A stretch of 63,289 nucleotides of DNA, the filler included, from Phoronis australis (lineage: Eukaryota > Animalia > Phoronida), in the NCBI GenBank assembly GCA_002633005.1. It is 5 parts of 5 records of this genome, joined end to end, with 100 filler letters (N's around TTAATTAATTAA, not from the genome) between each part and the next. Parts side by side here need not be neighbours in the genome. Positions count along the whole stretch, not along the records: positions 1 to 19,975 come from NMRA01001049.1; positions 20,076 to 39,078 come from NMRA01001454.1; 3 more parts are not named here. The stretch is one strand, 5' to 3'. The notes under the pieces were generated by a model. The model was not told where the DNA came from and made no database searches. It saw only the letters and a program-made list of their open reading frames with translations. Positions 10,920 through 23,426 of this stretch are shown here, piece by piece. The position numbers and the translations under genes are program-made. Numbering within the stretch: the stretch's first letter is position 1; every line of letters starts with the position of its first letter.

Positions 10920-11990
10920 TTTGGCATGTGTCCGTCTGGCGTCCGCTGCTCTATCTCCAAAACCCTTTGACGAATGTTCAGGCAATTTTGTACATGACTT
11001 CATTTCATAGATGGGATGTTCAGGAAATTTTGTACATGACTGTTCTAATAGATGGGACATCATGAGTGAACTTTCCGACTATCATTGTGGACCCTAGTGC
11101 TAATTTTAGGTTTTTTACATTTACCTCTATATCAAAGGTCCTCAACCGGTTTTCATGAACTTAGGCATAAAGGCATCTATTAGTGAAATGTCTTGTTTTC
11201 AAATGGATTCGAGGTATTTTGCACTACATAGTTGCCATTTTTACTGGTTTTGAGTCTTTTGGTGTCCATCTCTATCAACCAAACCACATGATTGTGAAAA
11301 TTAGAATGTACTTACTATGAAAAGGATAGCTGACGATGACTTTTCATGAACTTCGACTACTCTGGCGCCTCTGAGTGGCAGTTGTGTTTTTTGCGTCCAT
11401 GCCTCATCTCCTAAACCCTCTGCATTGTCTTTACTAAATTTAGCAACTTTATATGAAGTTGACAACTAATGACGTTTTTTGACGGATCTGACTTCCGGTG
11501 TGCCCCCTAAGGGCAATTTTAGTTTTTTAGGTTTACCTCTGTTTCTTCAAAGGTCTTCAACAAATTTTCATAAAACTTGGAATATAGGCATTGATTGGTG
11601 GTATATCACTATCCTCTTGGTTTGGCCCCTCTATCAACCATACCATTCTAAGGATAATTTTGAAAATTGGCGTATATGTTCTCTGTGTGAAGGGGAAAGT
11701 TGATATTGACAACTTCAACTATTGTGGCATCTCCTAGTGGCAGTTTTGTTTTTGCGGCCACACCAGTCTCTGTAACCTAGACCCACTACAGGAACTTCAT
11801 TTAATTTAGCAATTGTGCTCCTTAGTGGCTATTTCATTTTTCTCTTTTTTCTTTTTTTCTCTGAGGTTCTTTCACAGATTTTTATGAAATTTGGTAAAAA
11901 GCTTTCTATTAAAAAACCCGATGTCATGTTCCCATTTTTAGATGGAATCGATGTATTTTGTGCCATCTAGTGGCCATTTTTAAATGCTAT
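10920..11990 (+). mobile_element. Diverged HINE/DINE-like family C copy
   Basis: Reverse complement of the 21600-22700 and 50300-51370 sequence (CGTCCGCTGCTCTATCTCCAAAACCCTTTGAC; TGCCATCTAGTGGCCATTTT). Confidence 0.75.
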
Positions 11991-12359
11991 AAACATTCCC
12001 ACTAAATAAGATTGGTCCTAACCCCAATGGTCAAGGTAAACGGTGGGGTTTGGAAAATTGAACTAGACCGTATTTATCCACCTTGGCCCGGCGAGTCGCG
12101 CTCGGCTCACGATCAAAGGGATACCGCCAAGCTGCTCTATTCATCGAGTCACGAGCGAGGATAATTGGCTTCGCTCATGCATATATGATCGGATGATTAC
12201 AATCTAGGTAGTAGACTGTACTTTTTATGGAGAGAGTTTTACGTGCGCGTATGTACAAAACACGTGATTGTTATGTTCCTGAAGTACGAAAATTAAAAAT
12301 TTTAGCATGCCGTTATTATTGACAGGGACACGATAAAACAAATTTAGATTTTGACTATA

Positions 12360-13195
12360 GTCTTGATACAGCGACCTGGCTGACCACTGCGTCAGTGTCT
12401 CCGTTAGACCCAGAAATTTCACACAGCCCGGGTAGTTCACCTCGTCCCCAACATGTAGATCGAGCCTTGGACTATAATACTCCACAGTAAACAACTGTCG
12501 GCCTGTGCACACAAAATCTGTGAGTTAACCAGCACTCACCTTGAACGTTGCAGCCGTTTAAGTGAAAAACAATTTAGCAAACGCCATTTTCTTGCATAAT
12601 CCTCCGCCTTTGGAACAAAAAAGTCTGTCGTCGATGACCCACACACGCACGCTCACTCACTCTCATACGCAGACGAACTTCAAAACAAACGTCACTTGAC
12701 AACAACATGTGTGTTCATCCAGAGATTTTTCTCGTGTTGTGGGGAACGATGTAGCACAGATTTGGACTTAATCGCAATTAATCTGGACTCCACGTGAACT
12801 TTAAAAATTGTAAAACATAAGGAAGATTTCAGGTAATTTGTTGAGTCGAAACTATATTTTTATTCAAGAGTTCAAGTTTTCCTATTGACGATCTCGATTC
12901 AGCGACGCATCAGTCGGCAAGTTTTCGTCCCGTGATGAGCACAATTTTTTGAAAAATTGTCGTAATTTAACGACGGAAGATGATAGCAATGCACCACAAT
13001 CTTGTAGAAAGACTGTCATAGGCTACAAATACGTCACAGAGCGTAAATTTGATGAATCCTAGCTTCCGATTTTACCCATTTGGGAAACCGGGTTTTAAGT
13101 GCCGTTAGGCTACAATGAGCGTCCCCTCCCCGTGAAATGAATTTTTCTAAGTGTTTATTAGAGCCAATACAGTATACAGCTTTCCACCAAGGCTA
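12360..13195 (+). mobile_element. Diverged family A copy with an inverted partial family B copy (~12690-13174) nested before its 3' end
   Basis: CAAAATCTG..CACTCACCTTG..CGTT..AGCCGTTTAA at ~12511-12560. Terminal CAGCTTTCCACCAAGGCTA at 13177-13195. 12690-13174 is the reverse complement of 9421-9880. The 5' boundary is approximate. Confidence 0.6.
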
Positions 13196-13962
13196 GGTGA
13201 TGCTATGACATTATTCTTTGTTGCATTAGTACGTGGTCTTGGCTAATTATCATTTTATGGCCTCGTCATCCATTCTGCCAAAAGTAGTTCCAGAGGTGGC
13301 TTATCAGCTAATTATTCACGCATGCTGACTCACAATAGAAGCCTGATAAGAGTGAAGGTGGATAAATGTGGTGTTCCTACAGTTTTTTGTGGTAGTGGAT
13401 GTGTTCAGAACATGTATGATGCAAATAAACAACCATAGAAGCACATCATTTGTGGCGCTTAATGTTTTAAGTTTGCTTTCCAATTTGCAAAACTCTGGTC
13501 CATCACAATTCCATTGGAACTATTATAACCTTCTCTTTCCTATTGGTAGGGACTTCGGAGTTCCAATAGTTCTAGGGATAAATAGTATTTTCTGATGGTG
13601 TTCTTAATTATGAATCTTGATTGAATACCTGTGTTGCATGTGGAGCTAAATTTTCCCATTGCAAGTGAGTGACGCAGTTTGAAAGGAGTTATGGTAGCTA
13701 TTTTAAGGTCCGGCATTTAAGCTTTCCCATCAAAATTGCAATAACACAGCATTGGTGAAGCAAGCCTACTTTTTGTTTCATGTGGCTAGATAGTCTACCC
13801 AATTTTTTACACTACCCACCATATCCTGAGTTGATGTACCCGCATCGTCATTGTCAGTCTTTTCCTGGTCTTCTGTGTCTGTAAAGCACAAAGAGAGTCT
13901 TTCGTACAGTCTTGTTCAAATTCTAATTTTTTCAAGTATATCTAACCACAAATTATTAATTA

Positions 13963-15792
13963 CCGTAAACTCTAGGGTTAACACCCAAGCCCAGGTAATT
14001 ACCCACACTCAACTTTTTGCCAAATTTTGATGTAATTAGTACCCTCTGTTCGTGTTGTCGCCCTTAGTGCCCCCTCTTTGCGCAAACTTCAGGTTCTCAG
14101 GTAATTGCCCATCCCCAACTTATCGCTAACAGAACTAATGAGCTTTTGTTCGCAATTTTGCCTTACTCCCTGACACAGTGCCACCTATACTGAAAAGTGG
14201 CCCTTGAAAACATGATGAACGACACACGAAATTCCGTGTGTGAGCATCATTGTGCATGCTTATGGTCGAAAGTTTACCGATCACATCGCCAGCACTTGGA
14301 CACGCCTTCTATGCACCGAACTCGTTTGGGCATAAGCCACGGGATTGGGTTTTTGATTTTGTTTACTTAAATCACTGCCCATTTGAATAAATTACAACTG
14401 TTCAAGTCGAGGGTGGTCGCCATACTATGTAACAGAAAACTGAAAGGGGTTTCCCAGATTTCAACCAGTGGGAATGACTGAATGTTGTGGCGTCAGCTTC
14501 ATTACTTTAACCAATTAGAAGCCATGTTAAGCAACACTCTACATTGCTATCTTTCGTATCACTTTGAAAGGTTGTAGCTTTGCCTCAGAACAGGACTTCC
14601 CATTTTTGCGGGACACACGGCATGCTTACACATGATATAGTCTTGAAAAGTATGTTTGTTAGCTGGCATTTGTGGAAAAACTTATGCGCTGCAACCTTTT
14701 CATAAACTTGTTATGCGGTCTTTTGTTAAATTACTGGCGTCTTTTTAATGGGGGATTAGTCTGTCATTCAATAATGACCATGATCGGACTGTGAAGTTCC
14801 ACGCATGGAGCACGTGATTTTGCTAGATTTATCACCCGGGCCAACCCAGATTTTAATTGATCATTTAATTACACCCCCTCATGTTGCAATTTGTGCACAC
14901 GAAGTACGTGATTTTGCTAGATATATGCAAAATTGACTGAGATTTGAATTGAGCAATTATGATACCCCCCTCTCGTTGCAGTTGCGAAGTTGGGTCGGGC
15001 CAGGAAGCAAACGCGTCTCAGTCTCTCATTACATTTTTTCACTCCCGGCATTCAACGAGCTGACAAGGTATGACACGTGATCTATTTAAATTTAAAAACA
15101 GATCATGAAGCCATTCTTTCCAGCGTTGTCCATGGCTTTTACTCCTTGATAGGAAAACCTGTCATTGGCAATTGAACATGACAAATGATGCGCTTAGTTC
15201 ATATTTATTTGAGACTGCTAAACTCAGTTCAGTTTTATCCCCCAGTTAATCTAATCCTGTTGTACCGCTGCACATCACGTCACAAGTGTAAAAAGTTTTT
15301 GAGAGACTCAGGGTTGCATTTATGGCCGGGAACGAATTGTCCATTTTTTAATCGAGGAAACAAAATGTAGTCACGTTCACGGACCTGAAACAGTACCTGT
15401 TGATACAGTAAGTGGACTGCCATTCGAGTTTCATAAAGTTCCGCAGTATGACATTTTGTAGCGCGCTAGTATATTTAAAAACATCTGAGTTTTTAGCCAG
15501 GTCTTGGGAAATCACGCTTTCAAAGTCAAAATCCTGTTTCTGTTAGAGCCCTGAGAAATTTTGTGGTTGTCTGGTTCCTCTGATTGACTGAACTGACGTG
15601 CTCAAATGAACACCCCACGCACTTACCCAGTTCGGCTAAAATTTGGACGTAAGCGACCACTACTTGGGTAATCACCCACCCCGATTTTTGCTAATTGGCA
15701 GTTTAAGGGCCCACTGCTGGGATATTTGCCAATCTCCCTGTCTCAGGGTTTTCCAATTTAAGTGCCCAGGGCGTTAACCCGCGAGTTGATGA
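13963..15792. mobile_element. Non-autonomous pogo/mariner-like element (second family)
   Basis: TA|CCGTAAACTCTAGGGTTAACACCC ... GGGCGTTAACCCGCGAGTTGATGA|TA degenerate TIR; internal GGTAAT(T/C)(A/G)CCCA repeats; flanks rejoin in a paralogue at ~16400-16570. Confidence 0.65.
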
Positions 15793-17629
15793 TAGTGAGT
15801 TCAGTATGCAAAGCCATCGGAGGGGTGAAGGTGGGACAAAGTATGCAAGTTTAAACTAATTATGTTTGTTTTGATTGGCTTATGTCACTCATGTGTTAAA
15901 ACCTTGAAAAACTTCATAGTATATTCATGGGAATCGTTAAACAAGGTCACATGAATTAAAATGTTTTGATATGTCTACCTACACAAGTAGACCAAAGCTC
16001 TGAAAAATTCTGAGATTCATGAAAAATGAAATTCATGTTCATTGCTCTGTGACTCGTCTCATTAAAAGCAAAATTTTCCTGAACACGTGTCAGAAAAGTG
16101 AACTTTTATTTTTCTGTTTTTTCATAAAGACTGAAATGCAAATCGCGGAAAAGATCCATATTTGGAATTTTATAAAATTGCAAATTAATGTACATTTAAT
16201 AATGAAACTTTTAATTTAAAGTTGGTATTCATCGCAAGTTTTGAGTTGGTCAAAGACTCATTAATACCGGCACTTATCTATCTTACACAACTTTGTGATT
16301 CATATTCACAATAATGTTTCTGATACAATAATTGAGTTTTTAAGTTGGTGTTTTTTGTTTGAATGTGATTGTTTCTAAGGTATGGCCGAGTTTCTGTACT
16401 CGCACCGTTATTTACAGTCTTGACATGGTCACCTCTCTTTTAAAGACGACGAAAGTCTTTCACGCAGCCTGCTTATCTTTCTAATTTTTAAGTATATCTG
16501 ACTGCAAATTATTTTAATAATTTGCAGTCAGATATTAAAATTAGTCAAATCAGTACACAAAATCGCGAGGTGAGAACGAAACGTGTTCTTACTCTAATTC
16601 ATTCCTTGGCATTTTCCTTTAATTATGTAAGCAAGACAAATCATGTATCCTGTGACTACTGGAAGAATATAGAGTGCCAAGCTAGAAAATGAGAAATCTT
16701 ACATTTCTGGTATCCAGGGATATTAATTGTGGGTAGAATTTTCTCATTAAAAGATGGACACTATAATTAAATTTTGTTCCAGATAACGATTTTGATAGCA
16801 TAGTAGGTAGTTTTGTTGGTTTTTGACTGCCTTGAGCACCCAATCAGCAATTGTTCCAGTTAGCTATTCAGTTTTGAGTGTTCTTTTAAGGCCATTTATT
16901 TCGTAAAATACACCCATGGACATCCCTACATTGATCTTAAATACCTCCATATTGATGTCGTTCGCTGGTTACTCTTGGAGATAATTGTAAAGAAGCAGTG
17001 TTACTGCTTATCTATTATCCATTCTTGATTTATTTTTAAGTGGATTTTAATCAAGTAGCACTGGCCTTATTTTGGCTCTTATTGTTTGTCAGTCAAAATA
17101 GGATTGAAAGAAAAAACTGACAGTTAGTTTATTGCAGTGTAATCCAAGCAAGAATAAAAATCATTTTTCTTTTGAATAAGTTGGGACCAGTTTTAAATTT
17201 GTTCAATGGGATGTTTGTTTATTGCTGCTTAAAACGGCATGAAATGATTTAAAAGAAAGTCATATCATTAAAATGGTTGCTCTAATTTAAAAAACGAGAT
17301 TACTTTTGAAATTTTTAATCTTTGCGCAGTTCTGTAACATTTGCTGATTTAGGTTTCAATGACACATTAGTTATACGATATAGCATTCCAAATTAACGAT
17401 GAAAAGTTGATAGTCCATTTTCCAATTACCTCCTTCCTTCTCCCCTTTCAGCTCTGTTGTAGAATCCAATTCGGAATCTATCTGCAATCAGTTATTAAAT
17501 CCACTTGTTAATTACTATTTTGATTATCACAACAGTGCTAAATACAAAGTTGTATAATGAATGTGCAACTTGAGCTAAAATCACGGATGCGTAAAACAAA
17601 CTCATTGTTGAATCGTATAGTTTTACGCA

Positions 17630-17940
17630 CCCATACCAAAAAAAGGCCTTCCTGCAAACACTTGGTGCAAGCTTGTCGCTAAGTTGTGGCAAGCTTGCTG
17701 CAAAAGTTTCTGAAAACCAGCCACAAAAACGTGGAATCATCTCTGACCAAAGAGTGGATGCAAATTTCCTGCAACCCAGCCGCAAACATTGCCGCAAGCT
17801 TGCTGCATGCTTGCCGCAAACATACAGCAAACTTTTACCATGCAAGCTTGCAGCAAACATCTGTATGTCCTTATATGGAACAGTTCCTGCAACCCAGCTG
17901 CACACATTGCTGCAAGCTTGCCGCAAACATCTTCATGGGG
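17630..17940. mobile_element. Short non-autonomous element with CCC...GGG ends and repeated palindrome GCAAGCTTGC (EnSpm/CACTA-like MITE?)
   Basis: CCCATA at ~17630 and CATGGG at ~17934; at least 5 copies of (T)GCAAGCTTG(C) and (TT)GCCGCAA inside. Confidence 0.45.
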
Positions 17941-18934
17941 TTATATAGAAGTTCCTGCGAACCACCAGAAAAAAATATTGCCGCAAGACTACGACATACT
18001 TAAATTGTGGCACAAATAATTTAAATGTCCTTGACAAATACATAACTTTTATTGCATGCTCGCTTGTTAAAACAAGAAAATACAGAATCAGCTGCACACT
18101 GGATTTAACATGATAATTTTCAATCTGAAGTATAATGACTAGAAATGAAAACAAAATCACATGACAATGAATAACAGAAACTATAAAAGTGTCTACAGTG
18201 GCAATTAGTAATAATACTATTGTGTCTAGAGAGAACAACTTGAATGTATGCAAGCCTTAATTACAATATACCAAGATATTTTATTCTTAATGCACGACAA
18301 ATTCTATAATAATTGCAACAATCATAGTATTTACCTGACTAAACTAACAACAGCAACACAGAGCGTTGAAATGCGCCCAACGGGGTGTTTATTAGCATTG
18401 AAAATGGTGCAAAATATGTCGAATGCCAGTCGAGAAAACCATGAAATCTGACTTTCACCCCGTAGAAAGGCATACTTAGAACAGCATTTTGAGTATATTT
18501 AAGCATTTTATTGTAAATTACCTTATTACTTGTCAACTGAAAAAAATCACTCTTAACAATTATAAACATATTTATTTTTCCCATGTTCATCTAAAATACT
18601 TGAAAACTTCATTGATTACTATTTTTCCTTCCCAATATGGTTTAATGATACATCAGTCTACTGAACGGGCTATCATACTAGGCCTGTGTTCAAATGTGCA
18701 ATATTTCGACTATAGCGATATTATCCAGTAACATCATTTATTTATCTAAGGCATCAAACATAAATTATACCCTTTCCATTCTACAATATTACCATGGTGT
18801 TGAAAAGAACAACTACAGAGGTTATCCAGTTATAACCATACTAGTGGACGTTCTTAACACATTCTACTCCAGACTAATCTGCATTACAGCAATCAGTGGT
18901 GTTCCATAGGGATCATATGGGATGATCGCTCGTG

Positions 18935-19830
18935 TTTTTACTTGGCGAAATAAATTTCGCCAAGTATGTTGCTCTTCCACTAAGTTTGTTGTTACTTGGC
19001 TAAGCATGTTGCTCTTCCACTAAGTTTGTTGTTACTTGGCTAAGTATGTTGCTTTTCCACTAAGTTTGTTTTTTTTTTGTTCGCACGATACAGGCCGCAA
19101 TTTTCGTCCGATCATCACGAAATTTACACATAACACCTACTTCCGGAAGTACTGGCCTATTGTTTTTCGTCAAAATCGGATCCAAGATGGCTGGTGTGGC
19201 GGCCATTTTGTTTTCATTTAAAGGTTCATATGCTTCTGGAGGCTACAATTTTTTACGTAAAAGGCTAAGAATCGGCAAAGTAAATGGACTGAAAGTTTTC
19301 TACAAGTGTACCGGAAATTGTTTACTTCCGGTTAAAGATGGCGGAAATATCGGCGATCGCGCATGCGCACCTCGATTTTGGCCTAAAAACGTTTTCTCCT
19401 GTAGAGGGCGCATTATAAGACCAATTCCTTCGAATTTTTACAGGTATTAGTTTCTTATGACATGCTATTATACAAAGCCAAAAAACCGGAAGTTACTTTC
19501 CAAGATGGCGGATCTGCCGCATGTTGACCCATTTTCAGTCGTGCTGGAGTGCGATTTTAAACGGGAAGAGACAAAGACGTGATTTTTTGCATGTGGATTC
19601 TTTGACGTATATTCTTTCAAGTGGCCTGTAACAATTTTTTTCTCAGACTTACCATTTTCGAGTTATTTGACTTTGAATTTCTCAAAAAAACGCAAAATTT
19701 CATTTTTTTCGAAAAATTTACGGAATTAGGCGATACCATCAGTTTAGATAGAATTTTGAACGGGCTTTCAGAAGATGTTTTCCATTTTTCGCTAGGACGT
19801 CTACTTTTCGAGTTATTTGAAATTTTCTGA
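18935..19830 (+). mobile_element. HINE/DINE-like family D element (5' end), with a ~36-bp tandem repeat x3
   Basis: TTTTTACTTGGCGAAAT-AA-ATTTCGCCAAGTA hairpin after a T run; repeat TACTTGGCTAAGYATGTTGCTCTTCCACTAAGTTTGTTGT; CCGATCATCACGAAATTT core typical of DINE-like elements. The 3' boundary is uncertain. Confidence 0.6.
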
Positions 19831-19975
19831 TAACGCTGTTCTTTTGTTGAGAGCTCTTGCTGCATTGATGTTGGTTTATCTTCTATTGAACTAGACTGTA
19901 GCCTATTTCTTATTGATTTATGACATCTAAGTTCGTCATATGAATGTTGTGATGTTGTTCATCATCGCCACCACC

Positions 19976-20075
19976 NNNNNNNNNNNNNNNNNNNNNNNNN
20001 NNNNNNNNNNNNNNNNNNNTTAATTAATTAANNNNNNNNNNNNNNNNNNNNNNNNNNNNNNNNNNNNNNNNNNNN
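19976..20075. other. Artificial contig-join linker (44 N + TTAATTAATTAA + 44 N); same linker centred at 39123-39134, 44862-44873, 53235-53246
   Basis: Identical 100-bp construct with six-frame stop codons, seen four times. Confidence 0.95.
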
Positions 20076-20084
20076 ACGCAGTGA

Positions 20085-20330
20085 AATGAACAGAATTGAA
20101 CTGAACACTGAACTGTTTTATTCCACATATCACAACAATATATATACACACGACTACATAACAACATATGATGCGTTACCTATGACACACTTCCTATACC
20201 AGGAATCGCATGACATAATACCAATTAAACTACTGAACTCATAAACAATACCAACCTACAAACATCCTGTTGTGTGACTAGGTACACAACACGGGCCACA
20301 TGGCATGTTCATTGTCTCAACTGTGATTTG
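20085..20330 (-). mobile_element. 3' tail of a LINE (AATAAA followed by (TTCAG)n-like tail)
   Basis: Plus strand GAACAGAATTGAACTGAACACTGAACTGTTTTATT equals minus-strand AATAAA plus a short tandem tail. Confidence 0.4.
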
Positions 20331-20871
20331 GAGGCCAAGACTCCTCAACATCTGGTAGAGATTTGCCCTGCCTACAGTAGACACCGTAATCTGCTACTTG
20401 ATTGACACATAACCCGCCAGGTTGACATTGTTAGTTCATACAGGTTCATACGCTTTTTGCATTTGTACCTGAGTGGTGCTGGCATGAACCAAATAATCAT
20501 ATTACATTTGTAAAGCTTATGAAAATGTTGGATCTCAGATTAATCTAATTTGTATTTCATGCCACTGCCCTCAAGGAAAAGCGGCTCTTTGTTATCCTGT
20601 AAATTTTGTGTAATATGTTGACCAAAGCCTTAAATGTTGAAAATATACTAAAAAAAACAAAAAAAAAAACAGTGCAGGTGGTCTGATGTCATTTGCGGTG
20701 CATCAGACGTGCGCAGGCCTCATGGTTGGGCCCATTACACAAAACACCTGAGCAAAAGCAGGAAAACAGGTACCGAGCCTGTTCTCAAAATCCAGGACCC
20801 TTAAAAGTGACTTTTGACATACCACCTGTGTTGCATCCAATTTCAGTGAAATACAAAATTCTAATTCATAG

Positions 20872-21045
20872 GTGACTGATGAGGAGTACGACGCCCTGGG
20901 TGAGAACATTATCATCAAAATGTTGCCATTTGGGTCAGCACGTATGGCTCGAATGGTAACGCATATTGACGTAAGCTTTGAAGATGTGCTCAAGGCAGAA
21001 ACCAAGCTGAAATACGTGATACAGGAGTACACATCTATGATGTGA
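20872..21045 (+). CDS. Last coding exon of probable low-specificity L-threonine aldolase (host gene)
   Basis: CTAAT branch-like site and TAG acceptor, then open frame VTDEEYDALGENIIIKMLPFGSARMARMVTHIDVSFEDVLKAETKLKYVIQEYTSMM*. R.VTH.DVS.ED is the conserved C-terminal motif of LtaE/GLY1/Tha1-type aldolases. Upstream exons were not found. Confidence 0.75.
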   Translation: MTDEEYDALGENIIIKMLPFGSARMARMVTHIDVSFEDVLKAETKLKYVIQEYTSMM

Positions 21046-21211
21046 TGAGAGTTTAAATTGTGTCAGTAAAGAGGCAACCACAAAAGGATAATATTTTTAA
21101 AATGTGCTAGAAATGTGAGGTTTTGGGGATAAAAGTTCAAATCAGATAATCTAAAGCTCCTTCCTTTTATTGATTAAATCTGGTTTGTATGTTACAAATG
21201 CAAAATTCTTT

Positions 21212-22718
21212 AACAAGAGCAACGCAGAGCGTTGAAATGCGCCCACAATTGCACAGTATACGGTATCCTTCTAGGGTTGTTTATTGGTACTATAAAGTGG
21301 CCAGTAGAGGGAATATATGTAGTATGTTGTACTTTGCAAAATGGAAACGCATGGTAATTGTCTCCTCAATAGGCTAGGGACAAAATGTGAGTGATCTTCA
21401 TAATACAAGCACATCCTATACATCAGTTGCTTAAAGCACCACAGAAACATAGAATTAAAAACTAATTTACCTACATACGAGATTAGCACAGCATAAGAAT
21501 GCCAGAAACAAATTTCTACTTGGAACTTTTCCTTCATAGTCACAAAGTAACACAAAGTATACACCTGAACCCCTATGAAAATACAGAGGTCAATGTAAAA
21601 TACTTAAATTGCCACTAGAGGCATACCGGTAGTCAGAATCATCCTAAAGTCGTCATTGTCCGTTGTCAACATCACATAAATACACTTGCTAAATTTAGTA
21701 AAGATCCAGCAAACGGTTTGGGAGATACAGCCATGGGCGCAAAAAAAAAACTGCCACTAAGAGGCGCCACAGTAATCAAAGTCATGGAAAATTCAGCGTC
21801 AACCGTCCTCTTCATAGTAAGAACATACATGCCAATTTTCACAATCATACGTAGAGCGGTTTGGTTGATAGAGGGGTGGACGCCGAAAAACAGACCCCAA
21901 AACAGTAAAAATGACCACTGGGTGTCGCAAACTATGTCGAATCCATCTGAAAACGGGCGCCGATAGCGTCATCTCACTAGTAAGTGCCTACATACCAAAT
22001 TTCATGAAAATCCGTTCAGGACTTTTGAAGATGATACAAAGGTAAGCGTAAAACTAAAATTGCCGCTAGGAGGCACACTGGTAGTCGGGTCCGTTCAAAA
22101 GTCGTCATGTTCCGTTGTTAACATCATATAAATATACTTACATAATTGTGTAAAGATCCTGCGAACGGTTTAGGAGATACAGCCGTAGGCGAAAAAAAAA
22201 ACAAAACTGCCACTAGGAGGCGCCACAGTTGTCGAAATCGTGGGAAAGTCATCGTCAATCGTCCTCTACATAAGCATATACATGCCAATTTTCCGTCACA
22301 ATCATCCTTTGAGCGGTTTGGTTGATAGAGGGGTGGACGCACAAAAACCGACTCGAAAACACCAAAAATGGCCACTAGGTGGCGCAAACTATGTCGAATG
22401 CATCTGAAAACGGGAGGATAGCGTCATCTAACTAATAGGTGCCTACATACCAAATTTCATGAAAATCCGTTCAGGACTTTTGAAGATACAAAGGTATTTA
22501 GCGTAAAAAACTAAAATTGCCACTAGGGGGCACACCGGTGGTCGGATCCGTCCGAAAGTTCGCACATGCCGTCCCATTCATGAATGGAACATATGTGCCA
22601 AATTTCATGAACGTATGTCAAAGGGTCACTTTGCAGCGGACGCCGCCCGGACGGACGGACGGACGGACGGAGATGACGGCATAATGCGTCCACATATAAA
22701 TATGTGGGCGCATAAAAA
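21212..22718 (-). mobile_element. Full-length Helentron-associated HINE/DINE-1-like element, family C
   Basis: Minus strand: TTTTT-ATGCGCCCAC-atatttatat-GTGGACGCAT (subTIR plus partial IR), (GTCC)n microsatellite, internal repeats, 3' subTIR GTGGGCGCAT, stem-loop CAACGC-tct-GCGTTG, CTCTTGTT. Confidence 0.85.
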
Positions 22719-22799
22719 GCAACACCACACAAAATCACTCATGTAATGGTGAACACTTTTGCAGGTATGCTTATAAATTCAAGTGTCGCTGCGTAATCC

Positions 22800-23250
22800 A
22801 GGTAAATCCTAGTAAAAGATGACCTGGAATATATGTTCTCAGTCGAGTCTGAAGACGACCTTTGATGATGGTGACTGACTACTGTGGCGCCTCCTAGCGG
22901 TAGTTTTGTTTAGCGCCCATAGTTGTATCTCTTAAACCCACTGCAGGATCTTTACTAAATTTAGTATACTAAGTGTATTTATATGAAGGTAACAACAGAC
23001 GACGAGGACTTTCAGGCGGATCCAACAGACACTGTGCCCACTAGTGGCAATTACATTTTATTCTGTTTTCCTTTGTTTCTCTGAAGTTTCTTGACAGATT
23101 TTTATGAAATATGGCATGTTCCTGTTTTTGGACGGATTGTATGTTTTGCGCCATCTAGTGGCCATTTTTATGATACAAATAAATAACCCTAAAAGCACAC
23201 CAATTCAATGCATTCGTGGGTGCATTTCAAGGCTCCGCGTTGTTATTGTT
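22800..23250 (+). mobile_element. 3' part of a family C HINE
   Basis: Ends GTGGGTGCATTTCAAGGCTCCGCGTTGTTATTGTT; near-identical in reverse to 50239-50530. Confidence 0.75.
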
Positions 23251-23426
23251 GTCAAATAATGCTTTTACTCAAAACCAATTGAAAATTTAAACAAAATAGA
23301 AATAAAGTGAATCCATAAATTAAGGTTTAGCAGCTATTATAGCTTACTACACATTTTATCACGCTAAGCTTCGATCGGGAAAATATCGTCTGCCAAAGTA
23401 GGTTACCAATAGTAACTGAGTATAAT

